Translations under genes and position numbers: made by a program
Shown here: positions 18,778-27,568 of the stretch, one piece after another
Layout of the letters: each line of letters opens with the position of its first letter
Position numbering within the stretch: the first letter of the stretch is position 1
The notes under the pieces: model-generated
The model's input: only the letters and a program-made list of their open reading frames with translations
Told to the model about the DNA's origin: nothing
The model's database searches: none
DNA from: Candidatus Thalassarchaeaceae archaeon
GTDB taxonomy: Archaea; Thermoplasmatota; Poseidoniia; Poseidoniales; Thalassarchaeaceae
DNA: 32,000 bases
NCBI GenBank assembly: GCA_045568075.1
Contig: JBJLBP010000001.1
Span: 420,001 to 452,000, forward strand
Direction of reading: 5' to 3'

Positions 18778-19101
18778 ATGACCTCCAACAGCGACGACAA
18801 GGTGGAAGTGAAAGTCACCGTCGAGTCGAAAGACACGAGCTCGAAAGTCATCCTAATCCTACTCATCTTGGTCCTTTCCGGATTGATGATTGCTGTGATG
18901 ATGAAAGGCGGCCCTGAAGCGCTCTTGTCCGATGTCAATCGCGGAGTAGGTAACTGTGGCGACGGAGTCGACAATGACAAAGGTGGCCAGGCCGACCGAG
19001 ACGATCCTGATTGCTACAAGAATCCAGAAGTCTGGGATGGCTATGACCCGAACCGCTCTGAGGCGAATCGAGATAACGACCCGCCGGGTGGTCGACCCTG
19101 A
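18778..19101 (+). CDS. Small single-pass membrane protein with a Cys/Asp-rich CxDGxDND-type (MopE-like putative metal-binding) motif
   Basis: The ATG is at 18778. The TM segment is VILILLILVLSGLMIAVMM, followed by CGDGVDNDKGGQADRDDPDC. The gene is sandwiched between folC and dCMP deaminase, with the dCMP deaminase ATG 9 nt after its stop. Confidence 0.5.
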   Translation: MTSNSDDKVEVKVTVESKDTSSKVILILLILVLSGLMIAVMMKGGPEALLSDVNRGVGNCGDGVDNDKGGQADRDDPDCYKNPEVWDGYDPNRSEANRDNDPPGGRP

Positions 19102-19110
19102 GGTGAAGTC

Positions 19111-19548
19111 ATGAGTACGAAATGGGATACACGATTTCTTGGTCTCGCCAAGCACATTTCGGGTTGGTCAAAGGATCCCTCGACCAAGGTCGGATGCGTC
19201 GTAGTTGGCGAGGACCGCGAGGTGCGCTCAACAGGATTCAACGGATTCCCGCGTGGAATCGAGGATACGGCGGAGCGACTGAACAATCGTGAGATGAAGT
19301 ATCCTATGATTTGCCACGCCGAGGAGAATGCCATCATGCACGCGGCACGGATTGGTATCTCTCTGAAGGGCTGCACTGCGTACGTCACTTGGCCACCTTG
19401 CTCGCGTTGTGCTCGCTCACTGATACAAGCCGGAGTCCTCGAAGTCGTCTATCCGGCTGATTCAGAAATCCCCGATCGCTGGCAGGAAGATTTTGAGATC
19501 GCCACAAGTATGTTCAATGAATCAGGCGTATCCTATCGCTCAGCCTGA
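19111..19548 (+). CDS. Deoxycytidylate (dCMP) deaminase, zinc-dependent CDA fold
   Basis: HAEENAI and PCSRCARSLIQAGV are the zinc-ligand motifs. A GAGGTGA SD precedes the ATG. Confidence 0.85.
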   Translation: MSTKWDTRFLGLAKHISGWSKDPSTKVGCVVVGEDREVRSTGFNGFPRGIEDTAERLNNREMKYPMICHAEENAIMHAARIGISLKGCTAYVTWPPCSRCARSLIQAGVLEVVYPADSEIPDRWQEDFEIATSMFNESGVSYRSA

Positions 19549-20094
19549 TTACTCAGATAAGAGAACCCAGAGTTCCTCGAGATCAGAGTGTAACTCCTCT
19601 AAACTTCCATCGTTCACCAAAATTAGGTCCGCCAGTGCTGCGGTTGCGTTCAGAGCCTGTCCTGATTCATCCTTGGCAACCGCCTCTACCTCTTCATTAG
19701 CGAAGAAGGTCTCTTTGTCAGAAATATCACCAGTTCTTGCACGGGATTGTGCTCTTTGCCAGCGTGCTTCCATTCCCGCTCGAACCTCGATTAGAATGAA
19801 ATCCTCACGCTGTCGTAGGGCTTTGACTTCACCTGGTGTACGAATTGAATCGATGACAGCATTCTCTCCGTCTATTCTCTCGAGTAACATTTCGGCGAGG
19901 ATGCCAGTTCCACCAACTCGGCGTAATTCATTACCGCCCTCGATTAAGTTCTCTCGAGATTCTTCGATTCCTTTCTCTTTGAGATGAGCACGAATAGAAT
20001 CAGAGCAGGATTCGCTGCTCAATCCTTTGGAAACAAGCCAAGCCACAACTGTAGATTTACCCGAGGCATAGCGGCCGGTCAGACCTATCAGCAC
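19549..20094 (-). CDS. P-loop nucleotide kinase, CoaE/UPF0200-like
   Basis: The Walker A motif is GLTGRYASGKST. The GTG at 20094 gives a family-typical N-terminus (M-LIGLTG...) and is preceded by GGAGG. The alternative ATG at 20157 would overlap the helicase 3' end by 29 nt. Confidence 0.7.
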   Translation of the reverse strand: MLIGLTGRYASGKSTVVAWLVSKGLSSESCSDSIRAHLKEKGIEESRENLIEGGNELRRVGGTGILAEMLLERIDGENAVIDSIRTPGEVKALRQREDFILIEVRAGMEARWQRAQSRARTGDISDKETFFANEEVEAVAKDESGQALNATAALADLILVNDGSLEELHSDLEELWVLLSE

Positions 20095-20128
20095 ACCCCT
20101 CCGATAGGTTGGCGTTCCATATCGGTTT

Positions 20129-23100
20129 CTAACTCCAATAACGGCGTGTTCTGGCATATTGCAGCTCAGCGTTGTGTATGGCTCGCAGCAACTTGACTCG
20201 GTTACCTCGGGTATGACCTCGCAAGAGCCTCGTTGCGGTTTCCTCACCCACTCCTCTGCCCATCAAGGCCAACACAGCATCGTGGCCATGGGTTCGGATG
20301 AGTTCTGCATTCTTTTTCATGCGTGCGCGCTCTTTGGGGTCTTCGCTGGCAACCCAGCCAGCGAGCATGGATTCCATGCGTTCTGGTGCGCACGCTCGCA
20401 TCGTGCCGCTGCACTTTGGGCACGGCTCGATACGGTCCTCCATTCTCCCGACGCGCTTGTGCGTCTTGTCTTGACAATTGAGACAGATAAGCACTGCTCG
20501 CTCTGCTACAAGTCGTGTTTCTAGACGCTCGCGAAGCTGTGCGTCAGACCAGGCAGGTAGAAGCAGATCACGCTCGGACTTTGGTGAGAGGCCGAGCGGT
20601 CCGCTAGCTGTGTGAATAACCTCGACCTTGCCTGATTGAATTTCGCGGATGAGATCCATCGTACCTTCGATGTCCATCCGTTCATGGAAGAGTTTTGACA
20701 GCGCTTCCTCGACCACTGGCGTTCCTCGGTAGCGCTGCATCAGACCCTGCAGATTTACCCGTCGAGGGTCGACTGCCTTCTCCAGAACACCCATTTTTCG
20801 GGCGACTTGAACGATACGCCAGCGCAAGGCACGACCGTTGGGGATTGTCATCCGTAGAATAGTTTCGAGGGCTTCTGGAGAGGTCTCAGTGAGCCATTCG
20901 ATGACGTGACCAACTGTGGTTCCTGGGACTTGGAAGGCGATGCGATAGGGGTCGATCAGTGTCGTTCCCATCTTACCTTCACGCATCGATCCCATTGCTT
21001 GTATGAAATGCGCAAGGGTCTCGTTGATTCTACTTCCTCGGCAGGTATTCAACACGATTGCTTTCTCTCGCATCTCGACGGTCAGCGTGGTATCGGTGGG
21101 TAGGTATTCTGTGGCGTCGAGATGCTGAGCGACTGTGTTGAGCAGGTCTGTTCGCGCTTCGTTTGAAAGAGGGTATTCATCGTAGTCGAGATCTTTGGGT
21201 TGTGCCTCCAGCGCACCTATTGCAACCGCTGCACTGCGCCGTAATCTGCCGACTTCTAGAGCCACTTCGATCGGCACAGGTGGTAATTCTCCAGACCACA
21301 CCGGTGCCTCTCCAGTATCCTTGACTGGAGCGACGAGCAACTCATTCTGCTCAGGATCTGCGTCGACTATCATCCAGGTTCGGCCGGCCATGACGAATCT
21401 TCGCGGTCGGCCGGCGTCGTCTTGCCCGGTGTCTGAGAGTGAGAGGACGAAGGCCTCGTCGACTGAGCCGAGAGAGCGGCGCGTGACGGCGTCTCTGACT
21501 CGGTAGGATATCTCGTCGGGAATCATCGAGATATGGTCGGTGCGGTTTCGACCAAGTTTACCCGCAGGTGAGAACCAACCCTCGGCGAGGGTTTCAGGGA
21601 GGTGAGGGGCCATGGCTCGGCGCCATCTCGACTTATCTCCGTCGGAGTGTTTCTCGTCCCATGGCGGGCGTTTTTCAGGAACGATATCTGCGGGCCTCGC
21701 ATCTGCATTTGCCTTCTTTGCGAGGCCTTCCCAGAGTTTGGGGTGCCAAAGTGTGGCGTCGGATTGGAGAGGTTTGTCGATTAGTCTGATCAGCCAACGA
21801 TCATCTAGAATTCGTAGCACTGCAAGGGTATCTTCTTCCTTCCAATTTGGAAAAATTGTCGACCGATTGAGCAATTCGGTTGCTTGGGATAGCGGTACAA
21901 CGCTTCTCTCAGCTGCCATCTGGAGGAATTGATTGGCGGCAACGATGGCTGGCTCATAACGCCACTCAACTCCCTCGAGCTCTCCGGCCATTGCACGTCG
22001 TGCGATTACTGCACATTCAGCGATGTCGTCGATTTCCCAGGCAAGGACATCGCCGCGTCCGGTTCCGCCGAGATGATGCTCGGCGCGTCCGACGCGCTGC
22101 AGCATTCTGTCGACTGCCCGTGGACTGTTCAATTGGTGGACGCGTCGAATAGCGCCGATATCGATGCCGAGTTCAAGGCTTGAAGTACAGATTAGACCGT
22201 GTATCTTACCGGCGCGTAGAGCCTCTTCCATTTCTCGGCGAGTTTCGGCAGCTAGACTGCCGTGATGAACTCCAACCTCGATTTCTGGTACGATGGCAGA
22301 AAGGCGCTGTGCAACGGTTTCAGCAGATGAGCGTGAATTGACGAAGACCAGCGATGGCGGGTCTTCGATTAGGGTGTGAGCAAGGTGTCTGAAAGCGGCA
22401 ATCGACTTTGGCGAAATACTCCATTCGCCCGCCAATAATTCGTCCTCGGGTGTCGGCGTCTCTCGATGTACGATCACTTCCGTGGTTCGGGGCGCTGGGC
22501 CAAAGATCGGCTCTGCATCAGCCGACATCCATCGCGCGACCTCGGCAGGGTTGCCGACGGTCGCTGACAATCCGATTCGTTGGAATCTTCCTCGAGCGTT
22601 TTCCAGACCAGAAATTCTCTCAAGTCCGATTAGCAATTGTGCTCCACGCTCGCTGGCCGCCATATCGTGAACCTCATCGAGAACTACCGCCTTTACACCG
22701 GCCAAGTGCTGACGCAATCGACTCCCGAGTAGCATAATTTGCGCAGTTTCGGGAGTCGTTACCAACAGGTTAGGGGGTTTTTTTGACTGCTTAGTTCGCT
22801 CTTTCTGGCTAGTATCACCATGGCGCAGTCCCACACTTAGCCCCAATGGCTCAAGCAACTTTGCCAACCTACGATCAATATCGCGATTCAATGCACGTAG
22901 CGGAGTGATATAGAGAATCGACAATCCATCCCATTCCTCCGCAAGCGCCCTAGAGGCGAGCGGTAAAACCGCCGCCTCGGTTTTCCCACTGCCCGTTGGT
23001 GCGACTAGAATTCTGTCTTTTCCAGCAACCAAATCAGCAGTCGCGGCTTCTTGAACAGGAGTCAAATTCCACCCACGCTCATCGACTAATTCCCGCACGC

Positions 23101-23170
23101 GTGGGTGCAGCAAGTCGAGGGCTCCGGAATCGCCCCCAGCGTTGGACATCGACCATGTCGCCAAGTCCAC
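20129..23170 (-). CDS. lhr: Lhr-like SF2 DEAD/DEAH-box ATP-dependent helicase with a C-terminal zinc ribbon
   Basis: Motif I is APTGSGKTEAA, motif II VLDEVHD and motif VI QRVGRAEH. The C-terminal CLNC-x18-CPKC lies at 20408..20485. The ORF is 1013 aa from the GTG at 23170, with an alternative ATG at 23149. Confidence 0.85.
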   Translation of the reverse strand: MDLATWSMSNAGGDSGALDLLHPRVRELVDERGWNLTPVQEAATADLVAGKDRILVAPTGSGKTEAAVLPLASRALAEEWDGLSILYITPLRALNRDIDRRLAKLLEPLGLSVGLRHGDTSQKERTKQSKKPPNLLVTTPETAQIMLLGSRLRQHLAGVKAVVLDEVHDMAASERGAQLLIGLERISGLENARGRFQRIGLSATVGNPAEVARWMSADAEPIFGPAPRTTEVIVHRETPTPEDELLAGEWSISPKSIAAFRHLAHTLIEDPPSLVFVNSRSSAETVAQRLSAIVPEIEVGVHHGSLAAETRREMEEALRAGKIHGLICTSSLELGIDIGAIRRVHQLNSPRAVDRMLQRVGRAEHHLGGTGRGDVLAWEIDDIAECAVIARRAMAGELEGVEWRYEPAIVAANQFLQMAAERSVVPLSQATELLNRSTIFPNWKEEDTLAVLRILDDRWLIRLIDKPLQSDATLWHPKLWEGLAKKANADARPADIVPEKRPPWDEKHSDGDKSRWRRAMAPHLPETLAEGWFSPAGKLGRNRTDHISMIPDEISYRVRDAVTRRSLGSVDEAFVLSLSDTGQDDAGRPRRFVMAGRTWMIVDADPEQNELLVAPVKDTGEAPVWSGELPPVPIEVALEVGRLRRSAAVAIGALEAQPKDLDYDEYPLSNEARTDLLNTVAQHLDATEYLPTDTTLTVEMREKAIVLNTCRGSRINETLAHFIQAMGSMREGKMGTTLIDPYRIAFQVPGTTVGHVIEWLTETSPEALETILRMTIPNGRALRWRIVQVARKMGVLEKAVDPRRVNLQGLMQRYRGTPVVEEALSKLFHERMDIEGTMDLIREIQSGKVEVIHTASGPLGLSPKSERDLLLPAWSDAQLRERLETRLVAERAVLICLNCQDKTHKRVGRMEDRIEPCPKCSGTMRACAPERMESMLAGWVASEDPKERARMKKNAELIRTHGHDAVLALMGRGVGEETATRLLRGHTRGNRVKLLRAIHNAELQYARTRRYWS

Positions 23171-23304
23171 CCAACATGAACCAATGGGTCAGTCATCAAG
23201 AGCCCCAACATTCGAGTGTTCAGGAAAGTAATTTCTCGTAATCATCCACGGATCTGGAGATTAATCCATTGAACATCACGCGATAAGGGACATATCTCAG
23301 GAGC

Positions 23305-24240
23305 GTGACCCGAGCCGCGATGGCAGGCCCACTCAAGCGACTAAATTCCGCTCTTGGGCGTTGGTGGGACGGTCACAAAGACAACCATTTCCGCATCGTT
23401 TCATGGGTTACCATACTCTCGATGGCTGCGACCATCTGGGGTATTCTATTCCTCTTCATTCTCGATGGTACATCCGATCCTACGAAGGCTGAATGGGTGC
23501 CATGGAGTTGGGCTGGATTGTTTTTCGGCGGTTTGATTGCATTCTGGATGGTCCCCGAATTCTTCGTTTACATGGGTCAAAAGGCGAATCTTGATGAAAT
23601 TCTGCTGATGGATAATCGGCCCGAGATTCTACGCCGACGCAAGGAGGCGGAAAACGCAGCTGAAATGCTCGGGCCTGGATATCAGGCGCAACTCGTGCGC
23701 CTGTACAATGAGATGGGCATCAAGGTCAGTGCCCGCTTCAGGCATATCCGACCGGCGGGGGGTTCGACAGAGAATGCCCAATCCGGGGTAAGAGATCGCG
23801 ACTTCGCTGAGCCCTGGGACGAGATGAATGTCGACTCGGAAGTAAACGGAGTTCAGTCCTATCTCTCGGCTTGGTGGAATACTGGCGATTCCCGCCTCTC
23901 TCGACAATTACCCGGTGCCAAGCTACTGAGACAGACCGAAGCCAACCGCGTAGTGCTTGGACTCAGCGGATTTAGTGCAGCAGCGTTGCTCTACAACATG
24001 GTTGCCGGACTCGCCACACAGGGCGGTGGCGCCCGCGAATATACAGTCGATCTCACACTGATGCTAGCTCGTGACGATTCGATTCATGCCGCTGCACCTC
24101 ACTTTGACGGCGTGGGGGTTCTACTTGCAACCGCTTCCCTCATTTTGCTATACCTCACGACGCCAGCCGGCGTCCGTATATCTTCAGGGAGTCGACGCAG
24201 CAAATCAGCGAATGATTCCTCGAGTTCCGAGGAGGAATAA
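23305..24240 (+). CDS. Hypothetical 4-TM membrane protein, translationally coupled to the signal peptidase
   Basis: There are two N-terminal and two C-terminal hydrophobic helices around a soluble domain of about 130 aa. The stop lies 2 nt before the SPase start. The GTG at 23305 has an alternative ATG at 23320. Confidence 0.6.
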   Translation: MTRAAMAGPLKRLNSALGRWWDGHKDNHFRIVSWVTILSMAATIWGILFLFILDGTSDPTKAEWVPWSWAGLFFGGLIAFWMVPEFFVYMGQKANLDEILLMDNRPEILRRRKEAENAAEMLGPGYQAQLVRLYNEMGIKVSARFRHIRPAGGSTENAQSGVRDRDFAEPWDEMNVDSEVNGVQSYLSAWWNTGDSRLSRQLPGAKLLRQTEANRVVLGLSGFSAAALLYNMVAGLATQGGGAREYTVDLTLMLARDDSIHAAAPHFDGVGVLLATASLILLYLTTPAGVRISSGSRRSKSANDSSSSEEE

Positions 24241-24242
24241 GG

Positions 24243-25070
24243 TTGGACCTTCACGTTCTGAAACGTGAGGCGAGCCTCGCAATCGGATTGGTCATCCTTC
24301 TGCTCGGTTCGATGACCATTGCAACAGGATCCTACCCTCCAATGGTGGTTGTCGAATCAGGTTCGATGATGCATGACAATGAACACGGTTCGGTCGGAGC
24401 AATCGACCCCGGCGATCTAGTCCTCGTCATGAGCCCCGACCGCCACGATATCATCACCTTTGCAGAGGCCACTGAACCAGGTGGTGAGCACGAGGGTTAC
24501 GAGACTCACGGAATGCCAGGTGACGTCATCATTTTCCGAAAGAACGGTGGCTCTGACACTCCAGTCATTCACCGCGCTTTGCTACAAGCGATTGCTAATC
24601 CAAATGGTGGCTGGGATGTGCCTGGAACCGACGTCGTTGGAGCTGAATCAGGCTTTGTGGAACTCGAATACGATTGCTTTCATGGGAATTCAAATCTGAA
24701 AATCGACTTGTCAATTATCACCCACGAGGGATATATCACAACTGGCGATAATCGATGGAGCAATGGCTGTCAATACGATCAACAATCACTCACCGACGAG
24801 AATGGTGAACTGGTTACTGCAATCAAGGACGAGTGGATAATGGGCGTTGCCTCCCTTGAGATTCCGTGGGTCGGCGCAGTCAAACTCTACGCCAGCGGCA
24901 CCGCGGGGCAAGTTACCGGCAATACCTGGGGAAATCTCGCGGTTCTGGTCGCCATCATCATCTCTGCACCGGTCATAATTGAGATGATTACAAACCGATT
25001 GAATCCGAAGGATGAGGACGAAGAATCGAATGATGTCGAGGCCTCTGAGACTTCTTCTGAAGAAGAATGA
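24243..25070 (+). CDS. Signal peptidase I, archaeal/eukaryotic Sec11 (S26B) type, with a C-terminal TM anchor and acidic tail
   Basis: There is an N-terminal TM segment, then ESGSM (catalytic Ser box), PVIHRA (His box) and YITTGDN (GDN box). The TTG start is preceded by GAGGAGG located in the last codons of the upstream gene. Confidence 0.8.
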   Translation: MDLHVLKREASLAIGLVILLLGSMTIATGSYPPMVVVESGSMMHDNEHGSVGAIDPGDLVLVMSPDRHDIITFAEATEPGGEHEGYETHGMPGDVIIFRKNGGSDTPVIHRALLQAIANPNGGWDVPGTDVVGAESGFVELEYDCFHGNSNLKIDLSIITHEGYITTGDNRWSNGCQYDQQSLTDENGELVTAIKDEWIMGVASLEIPWVGAVKLYASGTAGQVTGNTWGNLAVLVAIIISAPVIIEMITNRLNPKDEDEESNDVEASETSSEEE

Positions 25071-25091
25071 ATTCCATCTTGTCCGCTCTTC

Positions 25092-26606
25092 TCAAGCGAC
25101 GAGTCGCGGCAGAATAATCGGAATCGCGACGATGAAGAGAATGAATAGACTGCTCATCGAACTCAATCGATTCGCAGCTCCCTCGATGCTAATCGGGTCA
25201 GCGCCTCGCATTACGAATCGCATAGTCGAGTGCGCTGCATCTCGGAACATGTGACCACCATCGAAGGGAATCATCGGAATCAGATTGGCGAATCCGAGAA
25301 TGAAGTTAATCCAGGCCAACCAGAAGAGGAAATCGAAGGTGGCAAGCATACCGTCTGTGCCTAGGGTGGAGGCAATAGGACCGTCACCAGCGGTCAGCAT
25401 GGCTCGTTGTTCGAGTGGCATCGTGTGTCCATCGAGAGCAATGGGAGTGCCCAGCAAAACCAATGGTGTGATCAATAAGCCGAGACTCTTCTGAGTAGGG
25501 GTAAATTGGTCATCAAAGACGAACGACCAGCCTTCTACAGCTGCGGTGTTTGAGCGGAGACCACTGACTCCTACGAATGCATCACCTTGCTCGATTCCAA
25601 TCTCAGTCAATTGCTCTTCTAACTCAGATTGAACACAGTTTACGTCCTTATCGCATTGGTCTATGTGGTATTGCCAACGGTCGGTGAAAGTAATCTCGAC
25701 AATCCGAGTCTCTATTTCACTGTGAGCGGCAGATGAGACTACGGTAAATTCCGCTGTTTCTCCAGACGAATAAACACCCATCGCATCGGTGAATTCAGTG
25801 TAATCGCTTATTCTCTCTTCATCGATGTGAGTGATTGTCTCATAGGGCATCAATCCAGCATCTTCCGCCCCTGTGTCCTCAATAATCGCCGCGGCATGGA
25901 CGCCGGGCGTCTTTGCAGCAAATCCTGTTGCAGTCGCCGATAGCAAAATCAGAACTACGAAAGTCGCAATCAGATTGATCGAAGGTCCCGCCGCATAGAG
26001 TCGCAACCTCTCGCGGCGAGGAGCTCGCACCATCTCCTCATATTCAGGCTCAGCAAAAGCACCCATAGGCAACGGACCAACTAGGAGGAGTCCGAAGGAA
26101 CGTACCTGCATTCCGTGAGCCCGAGCCTGCAAACCATGACTATACTCGTGAATCACTAGAGCGATTACCAGCGCAATCACCGGCCACCAAAATGGTACGA
26201 AACTCGTCACTCCTGGTATCAAAAGAAGATCGGAAGCCGGCAACACATTCTGTTCTGAGGGGGCTGCCGCAGTCGTCAAAGCAGCAGTGACAATCAATAG
26301 GATCACGCCTAGCATGACAATGAAACACATCCAGATTGAGAGTTCGCCATAAGCCCTCCAAAAGCGGCGAGGGCGAGCCATTTTTTCCAACGCAATCTTG
26401 CCTCGACCCGTCCGAACCATCAGGATCATTCCGAGGACCCGCGTCGCATTCCATCGATCCAAGGTTCCATTCTGCTCTAGGTACAAGAGGCCAAAGTACC
26501 ACGCGGCGATGATTCCGACGGCCCAAAGAGGAGCAAAACCCCTCATCGCAATCCAAGCAAGGATAGCGAGGAAGAGGATTTGGTTCAGGCCCAGCCTTGG
26601 CTCCAT
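25092..26606 (-). CDS. Site-2 protease (M50 family zinc metalloprotease) with a PDZ-like insert
   Basis: HEYSH (HExxH) and NLIPMIPFDGGH (NxxPxxxxDG) are present in a multi-TM protein. I prefer the ATG at 26606. The track start at 26720 adds a basic low-complexity leader that overlaps the next ORF. Confidence 0.85.
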   Translation of the reverse strand: MEPRLGLNQILFLAILAWIAMRGFAPLWAVGIIAAWYFGLLYLEQNGTLDRWNATRVLGMILMVRTGRGKIALEKMARPRRFWRAYGELSIWMCFIVMLGVILLIVTAALTTAAAPSEQNVLPASDLLLIPGVTSFVPFWWPVIALVIALVIHEYSHGLQARAHGMQVRSFGLLLVGPLPMGAFAEPEYEEMVRAPRRERLRLYAAGPSINLIATFVVLILLSATATGFAAKTPGVHAAAIIEDTGAEDAGLMPYETITHIDEERISDYTEFTDAMGVYSSGETAEFTVVSSAAHSEIETRIVEITFTDRWQYHIDQCDKDVNCVQSELEEQLTEIGIEQGDAFVGVSGLRSNTAAVEGWSFVFDDQFTPTQKSLGLLITPLVLLGTPIALDGHTMPLEQRAMLTAGDGPIASTLGTDGMLATFDFLFWLAWINFILGFANLIPMIPFDGGHMFRDAAHSTMRFVMRGADPISIEGAANRLSSMSSLFILFIVAIPIILPRLVA

Positions 26607-26688
26607 GTGACTCGGTCGACGAGGGCTCCACTTGAACTCTCGTGGCGCGCTGCGCAACTGACTTGACCTACGGCGTATTGGGTGGGTC

Positions 26689-26883
26689 GTGACGGAGGCG
26701 GGCGATTTGAGTGAGCGCAAGCGCGCTCGTGAGATCGATAGGTTGCGTCGTGAGTCAGAAGCTATCGCTCGCCTACTGAAGCGAGCACACCTCGATGGAG
26801 TCAGAACTGATATCGAGTCGGCGAAGAATCAACTCGTCGAGGCGGAAGCAAGACTCGAAACTTCTAGCAAAGACGATGACTGA
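26689..26883 (+). CDS. Possible small (64 aa) charged coiled-coil protein
   Basis: A GTG-initiated ORF with a heptad-like charged sequence (REIDRLRRESEAIARLLKRA...NQLVEAEARLE). It fills the space between the S2P and Hjc genes. It has no recognisable family. Confidence 0.3.
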   Translation: MTEAGDLSERKRAREIDRLRRESEAIARLLKRAHLDGVRTDIESAKNQLVEAEARLETSSKDDD

Positions 26884-26885
26884 GT

Positions 26886-27416
26886 TTAGATTGAACGAGC
26901 ACCGTCTGAACGACTGATGAGTGCGAGGAATCTGTGTAGAGGCATTCCATCGTGCCAATTGAGGTAAGGCGTTCCGTTGCGGTTAAGTGGAACGTTTGGT
27001 ATGCTTCGTGCAAGGCTTCGCAACTTTCCAGTCAAACCTTCGACAGGGACTTTCATGATTGTCCAACTATCTCCTCTGACACCCTTCAGACGGAATGCAT
27101 AGAGTGGCAGCAGGCCACATCTTTCTCCAGTTGAGATTAGTGCGAGATACTGATCCATGGTGCGGCCTGAGAGATAGATTCGATCGGTCTTCGAGGATTT
27201 CACCTCGATTGGCATACACATGTCTCCACGCAGCGCGAGAATGTCTCCAGTACCCTCTGAGCCGCTGCCGGGTGCGCGCACGACGAGGAATGGGCGTTGG
27301 CACACCTGCATCGCTCGCGCGCGCTCGACCTCGGTGCACGAGCGCGTGATGGCTATCACACCCTTACGCTCGCCAGCCAAGACGGAGCGTAACTCGCGCT
27401 CGTAGACCCCAGCCAT
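26886..27416 (-). CDS. hjc: Holliday junction resolvase Hjc (archaeal type), with an extended C-terminus
   Basis: The Hjc catalytic pattern is present: YERELRSVL (Glu), GTGDILAL (Asp) and PIEVKSS (E-x-K). At 176 aa it is longer than the canonical size of about 130-140 aa. Confidence 0.75.
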   Translation of the reverse strand: MAGVYERELRSVLAGERKGVIAITRSCTEVERARAMQVCQRPFLVVRAPGSGSEGTGDILALRGDMCMPIEVKSSKTDRIYLSGRTMDQYLALISTGERCGLLPLYAFRLKGVRGDSWTIMKVPVEGLTGKLRSLARSIPNVPLNRNGTPYLNWHDGMPLHRFLALISRSDGARSI

Positions 27417-27568
27417 GAGGCTAGCCCATTGTCAGGGTTCTTGACGACATCGCTTGGTATAGGCTTGGAGTGCATCGTTTCGAGATTTTGCACGGGAATC
27501 AGCTCGAAATGGTCTGCGCGAGATTGTAGTCCAAGAGAAAAAGCCGACGATGTGATTTGTAGACAGCA

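Noticed and set aside
26607-26720. 38-aa basic leader on the M50 protease ORF
   Set aside because: It is low-complexity (RRRSSQLRSAPRE...), overlaps the 26689 ORF, and the first TM helix follows the internal ATG at 26606. I cannot fully exclude it.
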